Origin: the human T2T-CHM13v2.0 reference genome, Homo sapiens
Length of the DNA stretch: 64,000 bases
Reading direction: 5' to 3' (one strand)
Assembly: GCF_009914755.1 (NCBI RefSeq)
Contig: NC_060927.1
This document shows, piece by piece, positions 46,921 through 62,870 of the stretch (the first letter of the stretch is position 1; the number at the start of each line of letters is the position of its first letter). The position numbers and the translations under genes were made by a program. Under the pieces are notes generated by a model. The model was not told where the DNA came from. It saw only the letters and a program-made list of their open reading frames with translations, and did not search any database.

Positions 46921-49640
46921 AATTAAAAAAAAATCCCTTTATTATGACTTACACAGACCTTTCACAACATGCTTAGATTTTCTGGTTTGTCCTGAGCATC
47001 CCTCTTCCTTAAACAACCAGTCATTTTACTCTAGGACTAAATTTACCATACAAGAGTCTTTCTCCTGTGAAATTATTTCTCTTTAAGCTTTCTTACAAGA
47101 AAATTCCCTCTTTATTTTGATAACTTTTTTTTACATCGCTCTTGTTTCCTGGTTCCTGTTACCTTGTTTTATATATGAGCTTTAAATAAGCTTTGAATTA
47201 GACAAAAATTGTTCTTCTTTTTTAAAATGACACACCTTTTCTTTAAGAAAGAATGTTTTCCTACAAATATATTTTTAACTGGAAAATACCCAAATAATGA
47301 AATCTCTATTCTTTAGATTAACTTCAGATTCTAAATTATGATGAGTTTGTCTACAAGTATTTATCCCATTACTTTTACCTAATTATTTTATTTTAATTGT
47401 TTACCTAGATTATTTATGAAAACTGTGATAGTCATCATTTAACGTTATGGAACCACCATTGTAAGATTATAACTGAGACAGTGAAAAAGATTAGACTTCA
47501 CTGACTCCATCTTGCTTTTAACCTCCTTTTAAGCTGTTCTTGTTTATTCCTGGGCATAGGCTGAACTAACTTTGGGAGAAACTTAGTTTATAATTTACTT
47601 TGAAACAAAGACAATAACAGTCCTTTGCCAAAACAAACCTTACTGCCTGTGGACTAGACTGCCTAAAACCACAAGATTAGAAGTTATGCTAATCTTACTA
47701 AATTCAAAATGTAGCTATTTTTATTAAACCAATATCAATGTCATATTTATTAAATATTACATGAGTAAAGATCATTCTGTTTTTGGCTGGGTTTATAGTT
47801 CTGTAACCCCTATGTCAAATTTTGTCACCTTATAGTATTTGGCAGGGATAAGCATAAAATTACTTGATTAATAAATGCAAACAAATATGTATGCTGGCAG
47901 TTCTTAAAACATTTATAATATTATTTTACCAATAATTTTAAAGTTAGCTTACTTATTAAGGGTTTTACTTAAGTTACATAAAGTTGAAAACGCATTTGAC
48001 TAGTCTTTTCTTTTTTCCTGATAAAGTATTTGATTCAAGTGCTTTTATTTTTCTTTAAACCAATTAGTTAGAGCTCTTTTATATATTTTCAGTAGTGAAA
48101 CACTGTGTACACAACACATAAATACATAGAGGTATTACAGATGCTGAAGGAAGTACATCTTATAGATTCATAAAACCGTTTTTTTTCCTATCTTAGACAT
48201 TCAGATTCTTAATAACCTGTTTCACAACCCTAGGCAGTTATCAGCTAAATAGCTTTAAATTTGCGTATTAAAGGAAACAACTCAGGTGAAAAATGTAGTA
48301 GCAAAACTTACATTATCAGGTATGGAGAATAAAAGTCTGGTGTGCTAGAGGGAGATTAAAGATGGATGTCAAATAAAACATAAAATTATAAAAATCTATT
48401 ATAGGATTGTATAAGGAGACTAATTTTATTTACATAGGGACTACCTGTCTTTTAACCGGATCTCTGAGCTTTGGGCAGAGCCCACATTGAATTCTGGGTT
48501 TCCAAAAACGGAGAATTACCCTGAGGCTAGCCCATGTGTTGTTTTCATAGTGCACTTAAACTTTTTTTTTTTTAATAAAGACATTTCTAAGTGTCTAAAT
48601 ACATTCTTCTTTAAAAATCCAAGGGTATCCTCTGTTGCAGTAACTATTTTAGTAATAAATCAGGTGACACAGTACAAAAGCAAGCAGTTTAAAAGCTGAG
48701 ATAAACTTGTCTGTTTACACTCCTGTGGTTCCATAAGGAAAAACAGGTTTCTCCCCCAAAGGGAGTCTGGCACCTTCTCCGTTTTCGTTAAAGAACCCTG
48801 GGCTATTATATACTATTTTAGGTCTCTCATGCAGCAGAGGATGCAAGAGAAAGGAGAGACAGCAGAAGTAAATGAAGAAAACAGGGTTCAATCAACTGAG
48901 AAGAAAAAAACTTTTGCTCATAAAAGGACAAGGTCCTAGGAGACAAAACAAACAAACAAACAAAATCAAACCAAAAAAAACAACCAAAAACATAAAGGCC
49001 TTTTAAATACAAACACACACACATAACACATATACACACACATCTTGAATGTTAGCTTTTAATTAAGCTTACTTTAGTCATTGAGCTCCTTAAAAAAACC
49101 TTTTAAATCTTATTACCATATTTTAGTTAGGAAAAATTGTAGTTATTTCAGAAGTACCAAGTATCAAACCAGAAAGGGCTTTATTTAAGAAACAAAACCC
49201 AGGCTGTCATGGTGGAAAAAAGAAGGCAGGACCTTAGCTATCAAACTGCAATGCGGGGTGACAGTCATTGCTTTCAGCTTGGCCTGGCTAGCAAAAAGAT
49301 GGCCTTGTTATGTAAATAAAGACTCTTAAGTAGTCAAAATAAAAAAACTTTCCTTTTTTTATTTTTCCTTTTGCTGGTCGTTTTTCTCCACACCATACCA
49401 CTTTTTTTTTTTTTTGGTGGGAACGTAGCCACTTCAGAGGCCTTGTTCCCCATATTTTTGGAAATTTCTTTTGGATTTGATCAAGTCAGATAGAGTTGAT
49501 CAAACCCAATGGGAAAAAGACTGAAACAATAACAAAAACAGAAACAAACAACAATAAAAAAACAGTTAAACGATGGCACAACTTATATGGTCACTGAGTG
49601 CTCTAATGGCAAGGAGAAATTAATGCCAACTGGATGTTAA

Positions 49641-49957
<317 letters not shown>

Positions 49958-51026
49958 TAACTTTAGCCAAGACAAACCCTAATTCAGTTCCTTACTTAGG
50001 CATGGGTCTCAGGCTGTAGACTGCTCTCTACCATCCTAAGAAGCAGGAAAACAAAACAAAACAAAACAAAAACAACACCTCATCTTCCCTGTTGGAAGTG
50101 AGCTCAAACTCCATAAAGGAGTTACCTGCCTTCCATCATCATGGCAACAGGAAATCTTGCCTTCCTTGTTGGAAGCAAGTAAAACTCCAAAAATAAATAA
50201 ATAAATAAATAGAGAGAGAGAGGAGTTGTACAGCAAAATAAACTTTAGATCTTGACCAAATTTTGGGAGATCAGCGACTCTCTGGAGGGGGTGGTCTCAG
50301 ACCTCAGCAAATTGTCCTATTGGTTTGAGCCATAAAGTTAGCTTATGCTGGTACCAAGCAGCAATGGGAGATTTGTCAAAGGTCAGGGGCATCTCCATTC
50401 AGAATCCCTTCATGGTTGCCAAAATGTGAACCCCCAAAATCTGAGGCAGGTCTCAGTTAATCTAGAAAGTTTATTTTGCCAAGGCTGAGAATTCATGCCC
50501 CTGACACAGCCTCAGGAGGTCCTGATGACATGTGCCAAATGTAGTCAGAGCACAGTTTGGTTTTATACATTCTAGGGAGACATGAGACGTCAGTCAACAT
50601 ATGCAAAATGAACATTGGTTCGATTTGAAAAGGCAGGACAACTCAAAGGTGGGAAAACCCAAAGTGGGCAGGGGGCTTCCAGGTCATGGGTAGATAAGAG
50701 ACAAATGGTTGCATTCTTTTGAGTTTCTGATTAGCCTCTCCAAAGGAGGCAATCAGGTATGTGTTTGTCTCAATGCATGAGATAAATGAGTGAGCAGAGG
50801 GGTGACTTTGAAAGAATGGGAGGCAGGTTGGCCCTAAGCTGTTCCCAGCTTGACTTTTCCCTTTAGCTTAGTGATTTGGGGGCCTCAAGTTTTATTTTCC
50901 TTTCACAAAGATAATATATCAATTCAACATGAGATTCATTTAGTTACTAGTTTATAAACATTCTGCCTCTGTGCTAACATTGCACAGTCCTTTTATACTG
51001 TAAATTTTTTCATTCTGTATTCTCAG

Positions 51027-51314
51027 CTTCCTGTGCTTCCCAGAATTCCATCATCTGACTGCCATCCTAGAAGGCATTCTCATGAGGACCAGGAATTCCG
51101 ATGCCGATCGTCTGACCGTCTTCCTAGAAGGCATTCTCATGAGGACCAAGAATTTCGATGCCGTAGCCACGTACGGGATTACAGAAAATACTCAGAGGAT
51201 GGGTCATTCAAGGAGCCACTGGAATCAAAAGGAAGATCCCATTCCAAAATTGAGAAATTTTCAGAGTCCTTTGAACGGCAACTGTGCTTTAGAACCAAGC
51301 GTTCTGCCTCTTTG
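51027..51314 (+). CDS. LNP1: LNP1 exon 3 (288 nt, two-copy 57-bp repeat allele)
   Basis: Acceptor tttttcattctgtattctcag|C; 96 open codons LPVLPRIPSSDCHPRRHSHEDQEFRCRSSDRLPRRHSHEDQEFRCRSHV...RTKRSASL; donor TTG|GTATGT; phase 0-0. Confidence 0.95.
51051..51164 (+). repeat. Coding tandem duplication, 2 x 57 bp (19 aa)
   Basis: Unit 1 51051-51107 (SSDCHPRRHSHEDQEFRCR), unit 2 51108-51164 (SSDRLPRRHSHEDQEFRCR); 50/57 nt identical. Confidence 0.97.
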
Positions 51315-51498
51315 GTATGTAACAGAGCTACTGAATATTTAAGCCACTTTAAAAAAGGAAACCCAAAGGTTTTGTCCTCTTTATGATTGAGGGGAACAAA
51401 TGTAACTTCTTCATTTACAGCTTGGTAATAAGATCTTTGAAAAATGACATTCAGTTTAACATAACCCAGAATGAATTTTTAAAGAATATTATTTATAA

Positions 51499-51870
<372 letters not shown>

Positions 51871-52683
51871 CCCCTAGTTTCTTGAGCCTGCTTTCATCAA
51901 CCTTATTATAAATAATTGTAACTCATTCCCCTTTTACAATTTGGAAAAAGAAAAAAAAACTGCCCCATGGCTTCTCTCCTTTCATATTTAATCCTCTAGC
52001 AAATAGTCTATGATGGTGTTTTGTTCTCCTATACTTAAAAAACACAAGAACGACCAAACACTGTCTAGTAAGTATCCAGGAATAGGAGTGGGCTAGGTGC
52101 TCATGGTGACGTCATGGGAGTCAAAGTAAAGCAAAAGGAAGAGACAGACATGAAATAGGGGGAAGAATAGAATCTCCACTGGTGATGCTAAACTTGATAC
52201 ATAAAGTAATAAACTAAAGATCAATTAATGTGGGGGTAGTTTCAACTCTGCAGCATGCTCACTGACTGGCCTTGAGCAAAATGCTTCTTTTTTGTAGGTC
52301 TTTGGTTTTTTGTTTTATTTTGCAAAACAGGAATAATAATGGGTCACTGCCAGGTAGTAGACAAAACAAATAATTGCACCTAAGTGTAATGACTTCTGGT
52401 TCTGGAGCTAGACTCTGTGAGTCCACTGGTGAAGATACTTGGGTGCTTCGTATTTCATTGTCCACCTGAGCACAGTGCTCTCTACCTAGCAGACTGGCTG
52501 TTGGGACTGTCACTATGCACCTTTGCCTTTCAAGTGACACCTGACTTTTGCTCAGAGTGACCCTGTATCCATATGGTTTCCCTTCAGTAGGCTGCTTTCT
52601 CCACCTGATCATAAGAGGAACAAGGAAGGGAGAATAGTGAACAGCTGTCATTTTACTGTATCTAAACCTTATTATCAAGAATT

Positions 52684-52962
52684 CCTGTAATCCCAGCACT
52701 TTGGAAGGTTGAGGCCAGGGGATCGCTTGAGGCCAGGAATTTGAGACCAGCCTGGGCAACATAGTGAAATCCTGTCTCTACGAAAATTAAAAAAAAAAAA
52801 AAAAATTACCAGCCATGGTGTCCTGCACCTGTATTCCTCACTGCTTGGGAGGCTGAGGTGGGAGGATCTCTTGTGCTCGAGTTTGAGACTGCCGTCAGCT
52901 ATGATTGGGCCCATTGTACTCCAGCCTGGGCAACAGAGCAAGACTCTCAAAAAAAAAAAAAA
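52684..52962 (+). mobile_element. AluJ, 5'-truncated
   Basis: Starts cctgtaatcccagc; aagaattcctgt repeated at both ends. Confidence 0.9.
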
Positions 52963-55140
52963 AGAATTCCTGTTTTGTCTTTTTAAAAAAATACTTTTTG
53001 TTTTCATATTGTCTCAGGCTTAGAGAAATGTTGCAAGAATAGGACAAAGAATTCCCATACACCCTTCACCTAGATTACCTCCAAATGTTAACATGTCCCT
53101 ATTTGCCTACACTATCTCTCCTTTTCCCACCTCCAAACACAGGCACAAGAACATTCTCTGACATAAACACAATACAATAATTAAACTCAGGAAATTAATA
53201 CTGATATAATACTATTATCTCTAATCCATAAACCTTACTTATATTTTTTTGCCAGTTGTCCCAATAATATTCTTTATAGTGAAATTTGAAATCATGTGTT
53301 GCTACCGAGGTTCATGTCCCTGTGCTCTATTTTACCCTGGAGCACTTTCTCAGTCTTTCCTTGTCTTTCACGACATTAGCTAATATTATTATTATAAGCC
53401 CTAAAAGTGTATAAAGTCATTTTGCTTAAAAAGATATTCATCATATTATCTCTAAAATACAAAATATGCTTGTTGCATTCATTTTCCACATTCTTCCTTT
53501 TGGGTTCCAAGATACTTAGGGAAGCATTTTCTACTTTTTAAACTCAAAAACTCTTTTTCACAGTTATATGTAATAACTAGAAATCTGTTAGGAATTTATA
53601 AAATTATGTTTATATTTGCACATTAGATAATAACTAATTATAAATTGAATATTTTATTTTACATCAGTTTTTAAAGAGTACATTATAAAATCTTAATGCA
53701 AAATTAGAAATTCCGAACATATACAGATACACTTCAACTTTTCCCTATTTGATAATCTACACACTTTCCTAAGGCTAACTACATTAGAAAGTGTTCTTTT
53801 TCAGTAAATTTAAAAATGATTTATATCGTCTTTTGTTTGGGGACCAAATGTATACTAATACCTAGATTTAAATTTTACATATTTTGACATAAAAAAGAAC
53901 CAGAAACTGTTTCTGTGTCCTGATCATGACCAACAATGTTAAATTCTTTCATTTTGATATTTAAAAATTCAGTGGGCTTCTTTTGATAATTTTCACATTT
54001 AGCATCTAAGAGATGTGATAAAATGTATTTCAGGGCATTATTTATAAGCATTTCTCAGATAGTCTTTAATCATCACTCTATTTTCTCTTTCTTATACCAT
54101 TTTGATAAGAGACCTTCATGACTGCGTTAACATTGTAGAGCGGCTGACACCACTGTGTTAAACAGATGCCTCAATAACTCTCAACTAACACGGCTGAGCA
54201 AGCATGACCTTGCTCATGTGACCACCACTCACCACTGCTTAACTTCACCTGATAAGCACTCAGGGGTTTCCCAACATTTCTAGTTCAAACAGGAGAGGAG
54301 TAATGATTTTGCTTGTTTATTTTTTAAAACAGAAGGATAAATAGATACGGTGGCCACATTTATCCATGCGATTGTTTTGATAATTCCTTTGAAAGGCACC
54401 CTCTGGCCATATAACTAAAGAAGCAACCCCCCCACCCTCCAGTAGGTCCCTATCACTCTGTTTACAGTTATCATTGCACTTATCACTATTGATTATTTTT
54501 TCATTTCCTTTTAGGTTTATTGATGACTGTCTGTATCCCTCCACCTAGGTGTAATATCTAGGAAGTAGGTCTATTTAGTGTTATATCTCCTGATCCTACA
54601 ACAACAGTTTATGTTCAATTAATCAGTGAATAATGTGGAATCCTGGGGACACATGTCGGGGGGTGTTAATCTGGTTGGGCGTCATTCCTTAACAGTTCAT
54701 TCTTCCCACAGTCCTCACATTAAAATTTAGTGCAAACTCTACTATTAAAGTAATTTAAGGGAGTGAACACAGAAAGCTAAGAATCATTCCATGTGTGATC
54801 TCATTTGCCACTTTCCGTTTCAAAAAGCACCAGGGAACTATTAATTTCATTGTGCCATGAAATCACACCCCTCAGTATGTTCAGAGGCAAAGAGTCATAG
54901 GCATGTGCAGGTTGTACTTCCTTCCCAGACCATCTGCTGATGTCCAACCCCCTCTATTCTTTTCTTTGTGACCGAAACCTTTAGCAACATCCTTAGGTTT
55001 ATGCTAATTTATTTCTAGAAACCAAGAGGTGGAAGTCTGCTAAACCATCAGGGCTTTCTCCATGTCTGATTATTAAGAGAAATGTGGAGTGTTGTCAGCT
55101 GCTTGTGCATTTTTACCTGTTTCTGATCTTTCCCTTTCAG

Positions 55141-55290
55141 GGACCTGAAAGCAGAAAGGAGAGAAATGAAAGAGAATGCCTGAGGATGGAGATAAAATCC
55201 CGAAAGAAAGTAGAGGAAGAAAGGAGCTCTAGGAAAGAAGAACATGGAGAAGCACACATGGCTCCCCTGTTTGAAAAAGGGCCTGAATAA
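55141..55290 (+). CDS. LNP1: LNP1 exon 4, coding part
   Basis: Acceptor ttctgatctttccctttcag|G; GPESRKERNERECLRMEIKSRKKVEEERSSRKEEHGEAHMAPLFEKGPE then TAA at 55288-55290. Spliced total 197 aa. Confidence 0.95.
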   Translation, partial: GPESRKERNERECLRMEIKSRKKVEEERSSRKEEHGEAHMAPLFEKGPE

Positions 55291-55537
55291 TACTCTGCTT
55301 CTGCCTCATGACATCAGATGCTACTGTTTTGGTTTTTTTCTTTGAGCCCCAATTCACCATTTCAGGATGTGGATGGGGGCGGGGTTGGGGGTAAAAACAG
55401 CTATAAAAAGCAACTGCAGATGCTGACTGACTGCAGTGGGCAGGGTATGTAGCTGCTCCAAGATGACTTGCATCATACCCCAATTACTGCTGGCATCTTA
55501 GTTGAGAGTATAATCTGCTTGGTTGCCTTTTTATGGG

Positions 55538-55669
55538 AATAAAGAGAATAAAAGGTATTTTAATAGAATAAAGAAAAATTTGAAAATATAATGGAAGGTA
55601 TTTAAAGAGCCACCCACATAGCTTCACCAACCCTTCTCACACATCAACTCATAAATCATCTTAAATAAA
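55538..55669 (+). terminator. LNP1: LNP1 polyadenylation signals
   Basis: AATAAA at 55538, 55547, 55567 and 55664, within about 400 nt of the stop codon. Confidence 0.75.
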
Positions 55670-55833
55670 AGTCATTGGTATGACTCTTGAGTTTACTTTC
55701 TTATCAGAAGTAATTATGTAAGTATGTCTAATGGCCATCATTTAAGGAGAACTGGTAATTAACATGCCAAGTACTATGCTGGATGCTTTAATGCATTACC
55801 TAAAATAAGCTTCAGCACTCTGAGGTGGGACCT

Positions 55834-56282
55834 TGTATTAGTCAGGATTCTCCAGCGAGAAAGAACCAATAGGATAGAGCTAAAGATAGATCCATAGAGA
55901 TAGAGATAGAGATAAATAGGGATAGAGAATATATGAGAAGGGATTTATTAGGGGAATTGGCTAACATGATTATGGAGGCAGAGAAATCCCAACATAAACT
56001 GTCTCCAAGCTGGAGAACCAAGGAAGCTGGTAGTGTGGCTCAGTTCAAGTTCAAAGGCCTCAGAACCAGGGAAGCCAGTAGGGTGGCTTAGTCCAAATTT
56101 GAAAGCCTCAGAAACAGGGAAGCTGATTATATAACTTTCAGTTCTAGGTTGAAGGTAGGGTAGGGGAGAGTCACTGGCACAAGTCCCTGACTCCGAAGGC
56201 CACATGGAACCTGCAGTTCTAATATCCAAGGCAGGAAAGAAGGGCATCCTAGCTTTGAGGGAGATGGAGAGAGAGAGAGAAA

Positions 56283-56326
<44 letters not shown>

Positions 56327-56556
56327 AAATTCTCCTTTCCTCTGCCTTTTTTATCTATCCAGGTCTTCAGCCAATTGGATGGTGCCTGCCCACAATGGGT
56401 GAGGGTGGATCTTCCTTATTCAGTCCACTGATTCAAATGCCAATCTCTTCCAGAATCACTTTAACAGACACATCTGTGCAGAAAGAAATAATGCTTTACC
56501 AGCTGTCTGGGTGCCCCTTAATCCAGTCAAGCTGGCACCTAACATTAACCATCACA
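55834..56556 (-). mobile_element. MLT2B-like ERVL LTR containing (GA)n
   Basis: tgtattagtcaggattctccag...aacattaaccatcaca; (GA)n at about 56268-56323. Confidence 0.85.
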
Positions 56557-57785
56557 GACCTATTTTTTTCTTCACTTTCTAGATGAGGAAACAAAGTTTA
56601 GAGAGTTCTGTACCTTGTTGGTGTGGTGGCAGAGTTAGGGCCAGAGCCCAGTTCATTCTGATGCCAGAGCTTATGGTCCTAACGTGAGGCAGGATGTTCA
56701 TTTTCCTCTAGTAGCAGGTTCTGAGATAGTCTGTGTGTGATGTGCATGTGAATGAGTGGATGTGAGTGAGAATAGCAGGAGTGAGGGTAGGTTGCAGTTT
56801 TGATTACACGGGTGTAGACTGATTCTCTGAGGTCAGCTTTATGCACTGGGTTTTAACTTTGTGGAACCATACTCTATCAATCACTAATTGTTTTCCCCTG
56901 AAAGCAAAGATACTGGAGTTCTCTAATGCTCTCTCTGTTTATTCCTCATCTGTCTTAGACTTTCAAATGCCCAAGGGCAGCTTACCCGTTTTGTGAAGAG
57001 GAAAATCCCCCAAAAGTACTACTCATAACTAATACTGTAATTGATTGCTTATGCAAGCATTGACTTTGACTTAGTAGAAATAAAAAGGAAAAGGGGAGTG
57101 TCAGTTTGTTCTCACACTGCTATGAAGAACTGCCCAAGACTGGGTAACTTATAAAGAAAAGAGGTTTAATTGACTCACAGTTCTGCATGCCTGGGAAGGC
57201 CTCAGAAAACTTACAATCATGGTGGAAGGTGAAGGGGAAGCAAAGACCTTCTTCACATGGTATTAGGAAAGAGAGAGCTAGTAAGAGCAGGAAAAACTGC
57301 CTTATAAAACCATCAGATCTCATGAGAACTTATTATCATAAGAATAGCATGGCGGAAACCTCCCCCATGATCCTCCCACCTGGTTTCTCCCTTGACAAGG
57401 GATTATGAGGTTTACAATTCAAGATGAGATTTGGGTGGGGACACAGGCAAACCATATCATTCCATCCCTGGCCCCTCCCAGATCTCATCTCCTCACATTT
57501 CAAAACACAATTATGCTTTCCCAGTAGTCAAAGTCTTAATTCATTCCAGCATTAAACCCAAAAGTCCAAGTCCAAAGTTTCATCTGAGACAAGGTGAGTC
57601 CCTTCTACCTATGAGCTGGTAAAATCAAAAGCAAGTTAGTTATTTCCAAGACACAGTGGGGGTACAGGCATTGGGTAAATGCTCCCATTCCAAATGGGAG
57701 AAATTGGCCAAAACAAAGGGGCTACAGGTCCCATACAAGTCCAAAATTCAGTGGGGCAGTCATTAAATCTAAAAACCCCAAAACA

Positions 57786-58335
<550 letters not shown>

Positions 58336-59222
58336 CTAGGCAGTGCCCCAGTAGGGATTCTCTGTGGGGGCTCCAACCCCACATTTCCCTTCTGCACTGC
58401 CCTAGCAGAGATTCTCCATGAGGGCTCTGTCCCTGCAGCACACCTCTGCCTGCACATCCAGGTGTTTCCATACATCTTCTGAAATCTAGGCAGAGGTTCC
58501 CAAACCTCATTTCTTGTCTTCTGTGCACCCGCAGAACCAACATCACATGGAAGCTGCCAAGACTTGGGGCTTGCACCTTCTGAAGCAACAGCCTGAGCTG
58601 TACCTTGGTCCCTTTTAGACACAGCTGGAGCAGCTGGGATGCAGGGCACCAAATCCAAGGCTGCACACAGCAGGGGAGCCCTGGACTTGGCCCAGGAAAC
58701 CATTTTTCCTCCTAGGCCCCTGGGTCTGTGATGGGAGGGGCTGCTGTGAAAGTCTCTGACATGCCCTGGAGACATTTTCCCCATTGTCTTGGTAATTAAC
58801 ATTCAGCACCTTGTTACCTGTGCAAATTTCTCTAGCCAGTTTGAATTTCTCCCCAGAAAATGGATTTTTCTTTTTTACCATATTGTCAGGCTGCACATTT
58901 TCCAAACTTTTATGCTCTGCTTCCCTTTTAAACATAAGTTCCAATTTCAGATAATGTCTCTCAACTTCAAAGTTCCACAGATCTCTAGGGCAAGGGCAGA
59001 ATGCCACCAGTTGCTCTGCTAAAGCGTAGCAAGAGTGAACTTTGCTCCAGTTTCCAAAAAGTTCTGCATCTCCATCTGAGACCATCTCAGCCTGGACTTC
59101 ATTGTCTACACTGCTATCAGCATTTTGGTCAAAACCATTTGACAAGTCTCTAGGAAGTTCCAAACTTTCCCACATTTTCCTGTCTTCTGAGCCCTCCAAA
59201 CTGTTCCAACCTCTGCCTGTTA

Positions 59223-59691
<469 letters not shown>

Positions 59692-59924
59692 TTAATCGAC
59701 TCACATTTGCACATGGCTGGGGAGGCCTCAAGAAACCTACAATCATGGCAGAAGGCGAAGGGGAAGCAAGGACCTTCTTCACTTGATGGCAGGAAAGAGA
59801 GAGCTAGCAAGAGCAGGGAAAATTGCTTTATAAAACCATCAGATCTTGTGAGAATTCATTCACAATCATGAGAACAGCACTGGGGAAACTTTCCCCATGA
59901 TCCAATCATCTTCCACCGTGCAAA

Positions 59925-60160
59925 CACTGCTCACTGCAGCCTCAACCTCCTGGGTTCAAGTGATCCTGCCACCCTAGTCGCCCCAGTAGCTGGGACCATA
60001 GGCATACACCACCACAGCCAGCTAATTAAAAAAAAAGTATTTGTAAGGTGGGGGGGTTTCCCTATGTTGCCCAGGCTGTTCTGAAACTCCTGGGCTCAAG
60101 AGATCTTCCTGCTTTGGCCTCTTCAAAGTGCTGAGATTACTGGTGTGAGCCCCCACGCCT
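59925..60160 (-). mobile_element. Partial AluJ
   Basis: Antisense Alu lacking its tail end. Confidence 0.85.
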
Positions 60161-60352
60161 AACAGAACAAAAATTTTAAATGTGTTTGTTTACCTTCTCG
60201 GAGATAAATATGGTTAATGCCTTGGTGTATGTACTTCCAGAATGCTATTTACGTGTACATGTGCACATGAACGTAAGTGCACATCAAACACTTTTTCAGT
60301 CATAATCTCATTTCAGTTAAGAATATATCATTAACATCTCTTTAATCGATAA

Positions 60353-60702
<350 letters not shown>

Positions 60703-60739
60703 GTCACTTCTGCCATAAAAACTTTCCCTCATAACATAC

Positions 60740-61590
60740 CAAGAGATACCATTCTTGATAGCCAATAGTAACCAACTTAGCTATCTTCCTTTTCATAGAA
60801 AACTTCTTGAAGAGTTATCTACATTTCCCCTCAGTTTTGAGTCTGCTGCAATGTGACTTCTGTCCTTACCCTTTATAGAAACCGTTCTCTTCAAAGTCAC
60901 CCTTGAGCTCCTTACTGTCAAATTCTGTGAAAACATCTCTTGACTTTGCTTGACTTTCTAGAAGCATCAGACATTGCTGATTACTCCCTCCCTCTTGAAG
61001 CCCCTCTCTGGCTGGCTGTTGAGACTTATATTCTTCTGGTTTTCCTTGTACCTCTCCTATCACTGCTGGTTGTTTTGGTGCTTTGGTGAGAGATCCATAT
61101 ACCTTAAATACGGATTTTCTTCAGAGCTCTGTCTAAGCATTTGCCTCAGTTACCTTATCTTCCCTGGGTAATCTCAAACACGTGCAGGGTATCGGCCACC
61201 TATGTGCTGATGGCTCCCAAATCTGTCCCTGTGGTGCAGACTCTCTCCTGAGCAGCACACTCATATATAAAAGCATCCTTTGGACATATTAGTTACAGGT
61301 TTCACAGACATCTCAAACTCATCTTTTGAAAGTAAACTGTTCTTTATTGCCCTGTCTGCTCTCCTTCTGCCCCTCTTTCTGTGTTCCCTATCTCAGTGAC
61401 TGGTAGCATCATTTACCAGTTGCTCGTGGAAGAACTTACCTGGGTTTGAAGCCACTTGTACTCCTCCTTTTCTCCCATTCTCCATCTAATTAATCATCAA
61501 CTTGTGTCTATTTTGCCTCTAAATATCACTTGGATCTACCGAATTCCCTCTATTCTCATTGCTACAACCTGATTTCAGGCCCTTTATATC
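60740..61590. mobile_element. L2 LINE fragment
   Basis: L2-like motifs (tcaaagtcacc...ttgactttctagaagcatcagaca; tatgtgctgatggctcccaaatctgt; catctcaaactc). Confidence 0.65.
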
Positions 61591-62164
61591 TTGCTTCATT
61601 TCTTACAATAGAAATAATAATATTTTAGATATATTTGGTTAAATCAAATATATTATGAAAATTAATTATCTTTTTTCCTTATATAAATGTAGTTACTAGA
61701 AAATTTAAAACAGCATATATGTCTCATACTATATTTCTATTAGATAGCACTGATCTATACCTTGGCTAACTTTCAAACCTCTTTTTATATTACTAACATT
61801 TTAGTTTTTAAGTTTAACTGAGCTTAAAATGTATTTAAATTTAATTAATCCAAGGTGCTATTTTGGGTTAATTGGCCTAATACTAGTTACAACATTTTAA
61901 GTAAATTTTGTTATACCTAAACTGTCTTTCTTCCGTTCTTCCTTGTTTCCGTCTTTCTTCTCGAAATAAAAGTGCCCTGTCTATTCATATTCTTTCTTGT
62001 GCTATAGTATAGCTCATGTAGGCTTCATTATGTAATGGAATGATTTCCTTACACGTCTGTCTTCCTCTCTAGCCCGTGAACTCTTAGTGAGAGAAACCAT
62101 ATCTTAATCATCTTTCCATTCCCAAAACTTAATAGGCACCTATCACATAGTAGCATCTCAATAT

Positions 62165-62495
62165 ATAGCTGGCTTTCCATATGCACAGGTTCTACATCAA
62201 CAGATTCGACCAATCACAGATCAAAAACATTCAAAAATAAAACCAATAATAATAATAATACAACAATAAAAGACCATCCAAATAAAAACAATACAGTATA
62301 GCAACTTTTTGCATAGTGTTTACATTGTGTTAGGTATTATAAGTAATCTAGAGATGATTTAAAGTATGTAGGAAGATGTGAATAGGTTATATGCAATTAC
62401 TATGTCATTTTATATAAGAGATATGAACATCATCGGATTTTGGTATCTGTGAGGATCCTGGGCCAACCTCCTGTGCATACTGAGCGACGACCATA
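62165..62495. mobile_element. MER2 (Tigger) DNA transposon
   Basis: ggtattataagtaatctagagatgatttaaagtat...ggttatatgcaa...ggattttggtatc core. Confidence 0.85.
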
Positions 62496-62870
62496 TACAG
62501 TTTGAGAGTGTGACTCTAAACAAGCAGGACCCTAAAACTTGAATTAATTCTGCCTATTGTAGGCCAAACACTGTCATAGATGACTCTCTCACAATGAAAA
62601 ACTGTATTTGGAGTTGATATTTTCCCTCCTAAAATGGAAACTTTTTTTGCTTATAAAAGTAATAGCTGACACACTTTCAAGTAATGCAGAAAACAATATG
62701 ACAGCCTCCCAGAAAAGCCAAGTGTTGTTATGACCTTAATACAGCTCATTATTACTGTCAAGACATTCTGGTTACTCTACTCTAGGGGGCAGACTTGAAC
62801 CAGCATTTGGACAGGTAATGCTGGACTCAAGCCTCAGTGTTTGGCCAAAGACAAAATCACTATCGTTACG

